From contig OZ316897.1 of NCBI GenBank assembly GCA_973895155.1, positions 17,404,058-17,468,057 of the forward strand: a stretch of DNA of 64,000 bases. The letters run 5' to 3'. The notes below the pieces were generated by a model. The model saw nothing but the letters and a program-made list of their open reading frames with translations. It was not told the origin of the DNA and did not search any database. The translations under genes and the position numbers were made by a program. Source of the DNA: Marsupella aquatica (lineage: Eukaryota > Plantae > Marchantiophyta). Shown piece after piece: positions 1 to 11,700 of this stretch (its first letter is position 1; every line of letters starts with the position of its first letter).

Positions 1-630
1 CTTATCTGCCAACCATTGCTCATCTATGTCAGGCCCATTGCGAAATGCATCCTTGATTTGGTTGATGACCCTCTTTCGCTCTGCCTTCTCAATCTTCCCC
101 CACTGCATGCCTCGTGAGAAATTGCTTGTGATAATTTGCTTGATTGTGCTCTTAGCCCCTGCATATGCTAGCTCAGTTGGAGTCCCACTCGTCTCCAAGG
201 CAATGAATGGAAGTTTTTCTCTTGCTTCCTCTTTCTGACGTTGCTCCTCCCTCTGTTTTTGAATTGAATCTCTCTCCTCTCTTCTCTTCTGCTTCTCTAG
301 GGCTTGAGGAGAGGCAACTCCCGACTTAGTTCTTTCCTCTCTCTTCCTTTTTTTCTCTCTAGCCTTCTCTTCAGCTGCGGCCCTCTCCTCCCCCTCTCTA
401 GTAGCTTGTCCTGCTACAATCCCAGTTTGCAAAACCTGTCCAAGAATGGCACTCAAAGAGGCAAGCCCTGCTGGAGAATTGAGATTCACTTCTCCCAATT
501 GTGCAGCACTGAGATGTTGGGCCACTAAGTCTGCCCAGGCATTCTTCTCTTTCTCTGGATTTCCCCCATTGCCACTACCACTACCACTACCACTACCACC
601 TTGCCCTCCACTCCCCTCACCGGTAGCCAT
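1..630 (-). CDS. TnpA-like (CACTA accessory) protein, N-terminal part, runs off window edge
   Basis: Manual translation from ATG at 630 gives 210 codons with no stop: MATGEGSGGQGGSG...coiled K/E/R tract...LPFIALETSGTPTELAYAGAKSTIKQIITSNFSRGMQWGKIEKAERKRVINQIKDAFRNGPDIDEQWLADK. Architecture resembles the TnpA-like ORF at 25475. Absent from the ORF track because it has no stop in the window. Confidence 0.55.
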   Translation of the reverse strand, partial: MATGEGSGGQGGSGSGSGSGNGGNPEKEKNAWADLVAQHLSAAQLGEVNLNSPAGLASLSAILGQVLQTGIVAGQATREGEERAAAEEKAREKKRKREERTKSGVASPQALEKQKRREERDSIQKQREEQRQKEEAREKLPFIALETSGTPTELAYAGAKSTIKQIITSNFSRGMQWGKIEKAERKRVINQIKDAFRNGPDIDEQWLADK

Positions 631-1059
631 AGCTCCCCTCTCTCACAGTCTCCCTCGTACTGTTGCGCGCGCCCCGGCCCTTCTCGTCTCGCTCAAAAAC
701 TGAAATGAGCCCGAATGCGAGCTCCCGCCGATGTTTACGCCGTTCAAAAACGGGTTTGCGATGACATACGCATGGGAAACTGCGAAGCCCGCGCCCTCGC
801 AAATAGTCTCGCAACTTGCGAGGCACTTCCGAATCTATTCCCTTCGCAAAGCCATCGCAACCCGCAGAAGACCCAAAAAATTGTTCTCGGCCTCTGTTTT
901 TGCGAAGCAAGTGCGAAGGTCGTAGGTTCGCAAAAATATTCTCTAACTTGTGAAATAATTTGCGAGGCAGGTCTTATTGGTTTAGGGTTGGAAAACACTT
1001 TGGGGTGTCAAACGGCTATTAAGGTTTGTCAAACGACATTTAAGGTATGTTAAGTGCCC

Positions 1060-1920
1060 ATAAGTTAACATGGAAGGGGTGTCAATGGATGTTTGGGTTG
1101 TAAGGATAACTAGAATATAAGTTAACAAAGGTTTGGGTTTAATTAAAGGTTAGGTTTATATTTGGTTTTAATCTAGGAGTATTTGGTTTAATTAAGGGGG
1201 TTAAAACTTGGGTTAGGTTGGAATAAAAGGGTTGGGTTTAAATTAATGGGTTTGGCTTAGGGTTCAAGGTAGAGGTTTGCATTAGGTTGTGAGTAATTAC
1301 AGGGGTTGGGTTTGGTTTTAGTTGAGGGGTTGAATTGTGGTTGTTTTTTAAAGGGATTGGGTTTGGTTTTTAGTTGGGGGGTTTAATTGTGGTTTTTTTA
1401 AAGGGGTTGGGTTTCTAATGTAAGTGTTTGGGTTGGGGTGTAACATGATATAGGGTTGGATTTGGTTCTAATTGAGGGGGTACAATTTTTGCTTAAGTTT
1501 TAAAAAAGGGCCTCAATTTAGGGGTTAGGGTGAAGTTTAGAATAACTATAGGGGTGGGGGTTGGCCTATATAGGTAAAGTAAGGTGTAGATAGGGTAAGA
1601 GTTTTATATGTAATTGGGGGATTTGGGTTGGGTTTAGGGTAAAGGTTTGAAATTTTAATGAGGGATTTGGGTATTGGTTAGGATAAGGGTAAGGGTTTAG
1701 GGTGCTTGAGGGATTTGGGTTAGGTTTTAATGAAGGGTTTCATTTCATGGTTTGGGTTTAGGGTAGGGGTTTGGGTTTAGGGTAAAGGTTTGAATTTTTA
1801 ATGAGGGATTTGGGTATTGGTTAGGATAAGGGTAAGGGTTTAGGGTGATTGAGGGATTTGGGTTAGGTTTTAATGAAGGGTTTCATTTAATGGTTTGGGT
1901 TTAGGGTAGGGTTTGGGTTA
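1060..1920 (+). repeat. G/T-rich degenerate telomere-like (TTTAGGG/GGGTT) tract including a ~142-bp tandem duplication (~1628-1769 and ~1770-1911)
   Basis: Many GGGTTTAGGG/TTAGGG motifs with strong strand asymmetry; two near-identical adjacent copies. Confidence 0.8.
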
Positions 1921-2351
1921 CTTATATTTCTTTGTCTATCTCATTAACATGGAGAGGAAAACTCTTTGGCGTTGTAGGGCACTTCCCCATGTTTTTTAAA
2001 GTTTTGGCTAATGCATGATAATGCCTTGCGAGAGCCCGGGCATCTGAAAGGTATAACATTTTCTCATGCATTTCTAGTCATTGCTGTAAATATGGAGGGT
2101 TACAATCTATCATCCTTTTTTTCTGGTTCACCATAAGGCATGGCTTAATTCATTGTATATTGGCAGATTTTCCCCTCCTTCCAGATTTGGTTCATGAAAT
2201 TTGAGCCACAAGATCCGTCAAGGCATTGCTAAGCCCGGGTCTCATAAAGGTATTTTTCTGTCAATTCTTTTTAATATGTTTAGGTAGGGATTATCAATGA
2301 TGGTTTTGGTGAAGTTTTTACTAATCGCCTTCCAATTGCTATACTTGTCAG

Positions 2352-2585
2352 ATGTCTTCATCCTCTACAACTTCCACCACATCAGATTCCTCTTCCGATG
2401 AAGAAAGTCATCCTCCTCCTCAACCTGAACCAACCGTACGTCGACCTAGTGGTCCACCACGCCAACTTTGTGGTTGTAAAAAATGTGTGGGGATGGTTGT
2501 CCAAAAGTCATATGTATGTGCGGAGCACATTGCTCGATATGGCCAACATCGAGGTCTTACACCGGGAGCTTCTTCATCCCGTATG
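2352..2585 (+). CDS. First coding exon of element-1 transposase unit (transposase-associated Cys/His domain)
   Basis: ATG immediately after a TGTCAG acceptor. CGCKKC...VCAEHIARYG matches the CPCxxC...HL N-terminal motif of TnpD (compare MRCPCTQC...HLHLLRH at ~21000). Phase-0 GTGAGT donor at 2586. Confidence 0.6.
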
Positions 2586-3095
2586 GTGAGTTGTAAACTT
2601 ACTATGATTTCCATTTTATTTTGTAAATCTTGCTAGGTAGCATAAAATAAAATTTGGGAGGTTCATCACACTCACTTGGTTCCATTTCTTCCTATAGGTA
2701 TCCAGTAGGCCTACACCCACTACACCAACACCCTATGTTCCCTCACAAGGAGTTCTAGATGCTATAGGCTCGGCACTTTCACAAGCTTTTCGTTTAGTGG
2801 CAGCAGGGCAAGGTAGTGTTAGGACAATTAAGGGTGACGGTATTGTTACAAGCCCGGGGTCCTCACTTCTTTTCTTCCTACCCATCACGCGCGAATAAGT
2901 ATAGGGTTTTTTAATTGGGTTTAGTGAAATACTTTTAAATTTTTGTTGAAGAACATTAGGGTTATTTTAATCCAATTTTGAGAATTCTAAAAATCATAGG
3001 GTTTTTTTAAATCAAATTTGGGAATATTCTTAGAATATTCCATTAAATTAGGGGTAAAAAAATTCCTAAAAAAACTTTATTGACTTAACTTTTAG

Positions 3096-3827
3096 GGTGT
3101 TTATTCCCCCAAAACTTCGCGCGTGATATGGGACACCCCTTGGATTGAGGCCCCCGAGGTTACAAGAGGGAAAAAAAAGTCAAAAAGACAGCCTAGAGGG
3201 GAAGTGGATCAGTACACTTGTAGGGTTGATGGTAGATGGGGCCCTTGTACCTTCACAGGGAAGTGTGTTCCTATCATAAAGGATTGGAATCCGGAGTGCC
3301 TTGGTTTGCCATGTGATATAACCTATGGTGAGGAGATAGAAGTTTGGGGAAGACGTTGGGTTGTCAAGAGTTCGACCCTAGGGGAGAGGCATGGGTATGG
3401 GATTTTCTCTTGTCAGGACATTATTGTGGATGATATGGGTGGAAAAGGGCGCTCTTCAGATGGACCAACGTTGTTCCCGTATGGTGGACCCATTTACAAG
3501 AGGAGACATTGGAACATGATCCTTGTTCAACACCCTGAGTGGAAGACTTATGCATTGGACATGGATACTTTTGATGGTTGCACCAGAAAGTATTGTGACC
3601 AGCGTATAATTGATGGTGATCCCATCCGTAGTGGGAATATTGCCGGTTTCATCAACAATACTGTGGGGACCCGGCCTAAGCGTAGGAAAAACTGTGAATG
3701 GGTTTTTGTTGATGGTCCCCCTCCAGCCCCTTATGGGCAGAGATATCATCATGACCATTGTCTAGTTGTAGCTAATAGGACCATTCTGGTTGGAGAGGAG
3801 TTGTTTACACATTATGAATGGGATTAG
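3096..3827 (+). CDS. SET-domain protein (putative lysine methyltransferase) carried by CACTA element 1
   Basis: SET motifs in order: VKSS..G..HGYGIF (GxG), LFPYGG, GNIAGFINNT (RFINHS-like), LVVANRTILVGEELFTHY (ELxxDY). ORF track 3123-3827; in-frame TTTTAG acceptor at 3095. Confidence 0.8.
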   Translation, partial: GVYSPKTSRVIWDTPWIEAPEVTRGKKKSKRQPRGEVDQYTCRVDGRWGPCTFTGKCVPIIKDWNPECLGLPCDITYGEEIEVWGRRWVVKSSTLGERHGYGIFSCQDIIVDDMGGKGRSSDGPTLFPYGGPIYKRRHWNMILVQHPEWKTYALDMDTFDGCTRKYCDQRIIDGDPIRSGNIAGFINNTVGTRPKRRKNCEWVFVDGPPPAPYGQRYHHDHCLVVANRTILVGEELFTHYEWD

Positions 3828-3977
3828 GATTACTTTAGGGACACGTATTATACGTTCATCGTATGTGAACGTATGTTTTATAATGACATGTTCTTTTTAT
3901 ATTGTTAATAATATGTTTCGAGCACTACTATATTTGGCGTTAATTTCATTGTGAATACTTTATTGTATTTTCTATAG

Positions 3978-6900
3978 AATGTGCGGCCTAGTCAAGATAT
4001 GTTGCCAAGGAGGTTGAGAGCTACATATCAAGAAATGGGCTTGCCACAAGACGGGGAAACATCATCAGCAGATTCCTCATCAAGTGACAATGATAATGAC
4101 AGTCCAGATGAAGGGGCACCTCGGACAGATTATGAGGTCATGCAAGACCAAGAGTCAGCCATGGATGACTTCATGACAGATTGGTTTGGTGTAGACATTG
4201 GTGGTGAAGGAGGTGTCCCACCCAATGAAGGAGACCCTCCACCAAATGTTGCACATGATCCAAGGCCTCAACGTACACCTGAAGGACAAAAACAATGGGA
4301 AGAAGCTGAGGCACATGCTAGAACACCTATTTATGGGGGTGCTCGTTTGAATAGACTATCTGCCATCTTGGCATTGATGAATCTTCAGGCAAAACACAAG
4401 GCAAGCAATGCGCTACTATCGGATTTGTTTGCAATTTGCCATGATCTCTTGTTACCTAGTGAAAATGTGTTGCCAGGAACTTGGAAGGAGGCAAAGAGGG
4501 TTCTATCATCCATTGGCATGGAATACCATATCATTCATGCTTGTGTGAATGACTGCATTCTCTATCATGAGACCAATGCCAGCGCAACTGAGTGTCCAAT
4601 TTGTCAAGAGCCTCGATATGAAACCAACATGTTGACCTCAAAGGTGCCTAGAAAAGCTGTTCGTTGGTTTCCTATTATTCCTCGATTGTTGCACATGTAC
4701 CGATGTTCTGACTTGGCAGAATTGATGGTATGGCATAAGACACATCGATCAGAGGCCGGTGTCATGCGGTTGCCAGTTGATTCCCCTGCTCACAAGCATG
4801 TGGAGTCACAATGGCCAGAATTTGCACGTGACCCTCGTCATGTGAGGTTGGGGTTGGCATCAAATGGGGTAAGCCCACACTCCCTTGGAGGGAAAGGGCG
4901 CCCTACTTCGGTTTGGCCGGTGGTTGTTATGAATTACAACCTTCCCCCATGGTTGTCCATGAAAAAGGGATTCTTATTGCTATCATTGATTATCCCAGGT
5001 CCATCTAAGGTAAAAAACATGGACACCTACTTGGCGCTCTTGGTTGGGGAACTCCATAAATTATGGGGGGGTGTATGGGCATATGATGGTCGGACAACTA
5101 CAGGAGGGTTACCACGTGTCTTCCAATTGAAGGGAATCATTATGTGGACCATGCATGACTATCCAGGTGAGTGGTATGGATTTGTATTTTTTTCATGTAT
5201 TGGAGATCAAGTTTGTTTGGAAGGAAGTCCCTCTTTAATTCTATGTACATGAACTTTTCAATTCCTTTGACTCTAATTGAGAATGTTATTTTGTGAGCAG
5301 GGTTTGGGTTTGTTTCTGGGTTCCAAACTCAAGGGTACAAGGCATGCTCCACTTGTGGTCCAAGCCTTCACGATATGGCCAAGTACTCAAAATGGCTGCA
5401 CAAGATAATCTACCTTGGTCATACCAAGTTTCTTCCACTTGGGCATCACATGAGGTCTGACCCCCTTTTGTTTTCAGACTTTGACATGATCAATGGTGAT
5501 GAGCGTGAGATACCTGACCGCACAACATTTTCATATTGGAAGTCCATAGCTGATAGGGTGGCAGACCCTGAAGATGCCATGGGATTTGATGGTAGTGGAT
5601 TGACAAGGTGGGGTATACTGGCCACTTTTCCCTATTGGCCTGAGTTGAAGATTCATCACTTGTTAGACCCCATGCATATAGAGGGAAATGTTGGGAAGGC
5701 TTTGATCAAGCACTTTTATGGGGAAAAGAACATTAATTTTAGGGAGGCATGCCAGGATCTAGAACGACATCCAGATGTATGGATAACAGTTGATGAATCC
5801 ACAAGGATGGAACATCGTCCTTCAGCTCCATGGGTTTTGAGTGTTGGTGAAAGAAGAGAGTTTCGACAACGCATAGGGCAGATGCGGTTTCCTACAGGCT
5901 ATGGTGCCAATCTACGTAAGGCTTTTGGGATGGAGGACAGTCATAAATGGCCAATGTATCTCAAGACACATGACTATCATCGTTTACTACAACATATACT
6001 TCCTGTGGCAATCATAGGTTTGGGGAGTGAAGAAGTGCAAGACGCCCTTTGGTCACTGGGCACTTTGTTGAGATGGATATGCTCAAAGGAAATATATGAA
6101 GAAGAGATACCACGGATGGAGGTATTGGCAGCAGAGGTGGTATGCAAGTTGGAGAAGGCCCTCCCTCCTTCCTTCTTTGATTGTCAGGTGCATCTTCTCG
6201 TTCATCTTGTGAGGGAGGTTGCCATTGCCGGTCCGGTGCATTGTAGGTGGATGTATTGGCTGGAAAGGTATATGGCCGTGTTAAAGGCTTATGTACGGAA
6301 CCGTGCATGAGTGGAGGGGAGCATGGCAACTGGATACTTGGCAGCTGAGAGTATGTTTTATTGTAGTAACATCTTAGCTACCATTGATCCTAGTTTTCCA
6401 CGCACTTGGATGGAAGAGAGGGAAGTGGAGGAGGACCGTTTAACAGGTGCAAAAAAAACACGCTTACTAACCGCAGTGGAGCTGACACAGGTTAGTACTT
6501 TCATGTTGAGTAACAGCAATGTGATGGAAGATTGGAGAGAGTTTTATGAGGATGCAAAGAGGGAGAGTCGTCGCCCAAGGATCTTTCCAAAGTTCCTTGA
6601 GTATATGAAGGAGAAAGTACTTCAGTTGGATGCTATGGTGGCCCAAGGTGAGAATGTATCACATTTTCCAGATATGACTCATGAGGTTCGAACAATTGTT
6701 CATGGTCCTTTAAGACTTGTTCAAACCAGAACAGCAATGTGGACATAAGGGAGGCATTTCAGGATTTCTGACCTTGATGAGAAGAGGGGAAGAACTTTTG
6801 ATTGTGGAGTTCAAGGGCAGTTCATGCAAGATTCACAAAGTAGCCGTCATGACACTAATGTGATCAGAGATGTGGTGCCTCACTATGGGAAGATTGAGGA

Positions 6901-7246
6901 GATCTTGATCATATCCTATGATGCCGATTCCAAATTTGAAGAGTATGTCTTCAAGTGTAAGTGGTTCAAAATTCACCTGGTTGGTGATAATCGCACGGTA
7001 CTTCTTGATGAGTGTGGGTTTACTCGACTGAAGACATCAGCAACTAGCTTTCAACCATCTCATTGGCAAACGTCTGAACCATTTACATTCCCAAGTCACC
7101 TTGAGCAGTGTTTCTATATTCCGTACCCACCAGACCTAGAGTGGTCAGTTGTTATACCGTATGTGCCACGGTCCCGTTCCATTATCTCGGAAAAACCTGA
7201 CGTTATTATTGTGTCAAATGGAGGCGAGGATGAGGACCAGGTTTGA
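3978..7246 (+). pseudogene. CACTA TnpD transposase pseudogene (Transposase_21/DUF4218/DUF4216-type regions)
   Basis: Motifs IHACVNDC, WFPIIPRL, WPVVVMNYNLPPW, HDYPG, LDPMHIEGNV, KTHDYH, FFDCQVHLLVHL, WMYWLERY. Intron 5167-5300 is phase-compatible. In-frame stops at 6308-6310 (TGA) and 6746-6748 (TAA). LASNG where intact TnpD has LxxDG. Confidence 0.9.
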
Positions 7247-8274
7247 TGCACTAGTAGTAAAACTTGTTGTGGGCCCAGAATTTGACCCTAAACTAACTAT
7301 CATGGTTTTATTTATATTAACATATTACTTTTCTTCTTTTGTTTTACAAACACTTAATTGGACTTTGAAATTTCATCTCACTGTTATATATGCAACCTTA
7401 GCCGTTTCCAAAGCTATCCTCATGCATGCCACCTTTTTGAAAACCCTAGCTGTAACCTAAACACATGCATTCTCCATCTTGTAAAGAAACTCTCTCAAAC
7501 ATTTCCATTCTACAAAATTTTCAAACAACTCTCTTTGCAAAACATTCTCAAGCTTGTCAAGAAGCAACTTCTGAACACTTTGTGAATAACACACCATCGG
7601 TAATTGTGATGCCAATGTGTTCTCAACTTTGCGAATCAACTAGATTCGGTAACTTGCGACTATTTATGCTTCACAATATTGTGCGAAGCTAATAGGTTCA
7701 CAATATATATTTGAGTACATTATTATCGCTAAATTATGAAACAAAAGAGATCCAAATGCAGTCGCAATGGTCGCGGATCCACAAATACTTTGCGAGACGA
7801 ATAGTATCTGAAAGAGTTGCGAATTCAATCCGATCTCAAACAAATTGCGAGGTATTTAGCTTCGCAACACCATGTTGCGAACTTGTGAGCATGGTTTATT
7901 GTGATGCGTGTTTGATCACAAAATATCTGAAGTCGATGACATCGCAAGACCATCCCGACGTCAAAAAAAAGCTTCGCAAAAGGGGCCAATATGTAGTAGT
8001 GGTGTTCGTGCCATGCCTTTGGGTCATATGGCAGAATAGTCATCATCGAATCCCTTAAAAGAAACTCAGACTGCCAGGGCCGAGGCTGACATACAAATAC
8101 ATAATATACTGATGATAGGTGATACAAAAATTAGTGTTGGCATCCGCTCATACACTCTTACAAAATGACCATTCAAGAGGTCATGTGAACTGCTAACTTG
8201 GCTATCATCCCTGCACAAACTAATCTCCTGCGTAGACTAACAATCTGCGCAATTTAACCTCCCTATGCATGTAC

Positions 8275-8790
8275 CTACTCGCCATCTTGAAGCTCTACAA
8301 GGCCTAACACAAAAGGGTCCGTGTTCCAGAGCTGACACACTTTCCAGGCCCTCTTTTTTGCAAAAACCTCATTGTACTTAACGTCCGCGTCTGGATCTAC
8401 ATCACATGCTGAACACCGAGCATCCAAAGCATGTACACACCCTGCACCAACAGTGATCTGAACACCATTCATCGTCTGAGTGAACATAATGGACTGTGGA
8501 TCGACATACTTTTCCCACATGGTTTGGCGAGTCATACGGGATGGACGATTAGAACCAAACATAATGCCAATAGGCCAAGTCCCTCTCAACATGCCTAATG
8601 CCTTTAGCTTACGTCGCAACCTCACTGCTTTCTCATAGAGAAGGCCTACAGATTGGCTTCGGGTGGTTACCATGGTGTCTTTTGCACCGTTACCTCCGTA
8701 GAAGGCAAAGACAGAGGGTCTGAAAATCAAGCCTACCAAAGCTGGTCCACATGACAAATCCTCCTGCAACAACATCATCCGGTGTGTCAC
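8275..8790 (-). CDS. Hypothetical protein; probable last exon of a multi-exon minus-strand gene starting near the GC-rich region ~10300-10680
   Basis: 171-aa ORF with an internal TTGCAG acceptor; upstream donor-like sites (e.g. ~8870). No recognisable domain. Confidence 0.3.
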   Translation of the reverse strand: MTHRMMLLQEDLSCGPALVGLIFRPSVFAFYGGNGAKDTMVTTRSQSVGLLYEKAVRLRRKLKALGMLRGTWPIGIMFGSNRPSRMTRQTMWEKYVDPQSIMFTQTMNGVQITVGAGCVHALDARCSACDVDPDADVKYNEVFAKKRAWKVCQLWNTDPFVLGLVELQDGE

Positions 8791-11700
8791 TCACTGTACT
8801 ATAAAAATGGACAAACTGAGCATCACAAATTGCAAATAGAGCGAATGTTTCAGGGATTTGGCTAACTTACTTGGCCTCTAGAAATCGACAAAACTTCCCG
8901 CTCCCACAACTTCGTGTGGAGCTTTGGATTTGTTACATCAAAGCTCCTTGAGATCCACCTCTCCCCAACCTTGATGATTCACCTAAAGTTTGCTGCAGAA
9001 TTTGGGGCAATGGTAGCCATCCCAGATTAAAATTTGTTTATCAAACTCAACTGCACAAACTGCAAATGAATACCTTGCGGCCTTAACCCTTGACGCAATA
9101 CAAGTGACCAAGGAAGTTCATTCCTGATTGGTGCGTACCTCAGTCTCCTTTGTCCACTGATCCTCTGATCGTGACCCGGGTCCTCAAAGCTGAATCTTCC
9201 TCAAAGCTGAATCTTCCAACCTCCACTCTGCTCAACTAAGCCCGATGGATGATCACTGCAACTGCTTACAAATGTCTGCGACCAAACCAGGAAAAGCGTT
9301 ACTTACAGACCAACACCCTAGCCAGTGAAGGAGCTGCAAATGGAGTCCAAAAAGTGGTGGAAGATTAAGTATGAGAGTAGACCTAAGGCAATAGCAGAAG
9401 GCAAGTCAGAGCAGAATAAAATAAGACATAGGAAGCCGGGGAGGAATCAGAAGAGCGATGGCAAGCGCTTCAACCTAAGCGCAGAAATTAAGAGCTTAAG
9501 AAGTCCTAGAGACGGTTGCTAAAGGAACTCAAGAGCAATTGCAACATCCGAGGCAATGCCATTTGGCGATATATAGTGAATGCAATATCGTCAACCAAGA
9601 AATGCAGTTCACTTGAGGGACTGTCACTACATTCAGGACTACATCGTGTGGGTTTTGTTCAGTCTAATGCAGGGAGAGGGTTACCTTGTTGCACCAAACC
9701 GGAAGGTGATCGCTCCTTAGCCTTCTAGGGGGTATCCTTCGATGATATCTGAAAAGGCCCACAGGCATCAGCTAAAAGCATGTAAACTCTACATCCATCC
9801 TTCCATTGAAAAACTCTCTCAACATTGAAAACCAGATGGCTTACCGTGCTCAATTGATGTGTCCACTCCCAGAAGAGTCAACACGCAACACTGAAGCTTT
9901 CACTATCTCCTTCGATCACTGGGTTTCTCAAAAATGATCTGCAAGAAAAACATCTCCACAATGAAGCACTCAAGCTGGCAGCGTTTGCAAATCCAATGAA
10001 ATGTCACTCATGTCGATCGCATCAAGATCTTAAGGATAGTCACAATGACTTAGAACAATCCATTGAAATCCAGCCAAATGCATTGGCAGTCAAAGGCACG
10101 TAAATCCTACAAATCACAATGCAGTGGCGTGCAAATCCGCAAGTTGGCACAATTACAGCCAAATCCAGGAAACATTGAGGCAACACATAGAACATTGAAG
10201 ACATAATCGGGGAGATAACAATGCATGCCTCAAATGTGGAAGGTTCACAGAGCATTTGAGTGGGTGAGATTGAGACGACCTTGACAATCGCAATGTCGGG
10301 GAAGACCTTCCAAACTAAGGACCTTCAAAGCTAGCACTCAGCGATGCTGGGCAAGAGCAAGAACAGGCAAACGAGGGCCAACAATGTCGGATGCGGATCG
10401 ACAATGGTGGACAAGGCCAAAGCAGCAATGGCGGACGAGGAGCAGCAATGGCGGACAAGGAGCAGCGATGGCAGAGGATTGATGATGATGGACGAGCAAC
10501 GATGGCGGTCGAGCAATGATGGCGGCCGAGCAGCGATGGCGGCCGAGCAGCGATGGCGGACGAGCCAGGAGCAAGCAGAAGGCATCAGGGAGCGGGAGTG
10601 CGAGGCGAGAGCGAGCGCGAGGCGAGGTGAGACCGAGCGCAAAGGAAGAATGAGGAGCAGGGGTACGAGGGGGGGCTGACCCCAGGCGGTGACGGTCTCA
10701 TGACTAAACCCTAAACCTTAGGGTTCATAACGTAGGCGAGGCCATGGATCGCCGATTCAATGGCTTCGATTCGCTCTCCCTCTAATCCAACGGTTTTAGT
10801 CATCCCCGATGTGTTTTCTTAAATTCCCCGCCAAAACCCCCACCACTCCACACACCTGGTCCATCCCCATTGCCCCGGGATCGCCCCCAATCCTCCCTTC
10901 AAAACTTTTCTAGCTTAGCATAGCCAGTATTAACATTTTAATTTATGAAGGAGATATGGATACTGTAAGGATAATACACGTGTACCAATTATAATTTGAC
11001 ACGTGTACCAATAATATGATGCCGCGTGTCGCTACCTATTGATTTACCCTTCCGCAAAAGTAAGCAGGATGACATTTCAAGGGGTCTTACGAAATTACAA
11101 AGTGGTTTCGGTATATATGCGGTGGTTGCGGAATTGTGAGCAAATTATAAAAATTACCGCCGAAGGGATAAAAATGACCCTTGAACGATTCTCACGTCCT
11201 CCCCGTATTAGAAAGGAGTGGGGGCCCAGGGGTCAGGGCTAGGGTCGGGGCGGCTATTTTTGCGCCGACCTGCGCTCCAAAAACAACCGCGACCAGGGAG
11301 AAGCGGGGTTCAATGAGAGGTCGAAGGGTATGCGAGTGTGTAAGGGGCAAAAGGGTTAAAAAGGCCAGTTACAAACCTAAATTGCTGCCGATTCGAATGA
11401 GAAAACAATGAGTTACCGATGGGATTTGTTGCCAAATCACATCGACGCCATTTGCAACTCCAACACTGTAAAAGCTTCCACCACGTTGCCTTCACACCAC
11501 GTCAAGTGCCAATCCCAAACTCAAAACAATTACCTTGCCACGATCAAACTGTTGAGCCGTAGCACTACGCAATGTTTCCACTGAGTCGGACGTCACAAAG
11601 AGAAACCCAGTTCAGATGGAAATGAGCTCCATAGCTTGTGAAAAACCTAAACGCCTCCTTCACTCGTCATGTCGCATTTGGTAACAACTCGACAACAATC

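Larger units (their letters stand above)
1..8001. mobile_element. CACTA/En-Spm element 1 (left end outside window; decayed transposase)
   Basis: Ends in ...GGGGCCAATATGTAGTAGTG at 8001 (reverse complement CACTACTAC...). About 11 TCGCA/TGCGA subterminal motifs at 7630-7980. Contains TnpD-type coding sequence. Right flank GTG is the predicted 3-bp TSD. Confidence 0.8.

Noticed and set aside
1060-1920. True telomere or interstitial telomeric array
   Set aside because: Motifs are scattered and degenerate, not a contiguous (TTTAGGG)n run.
10331-10679. Overlapping GC-rich ORFs
   Set aside because: Low-complexity GC-rich sequence with short repeats leaves several frames open; no protein signature.
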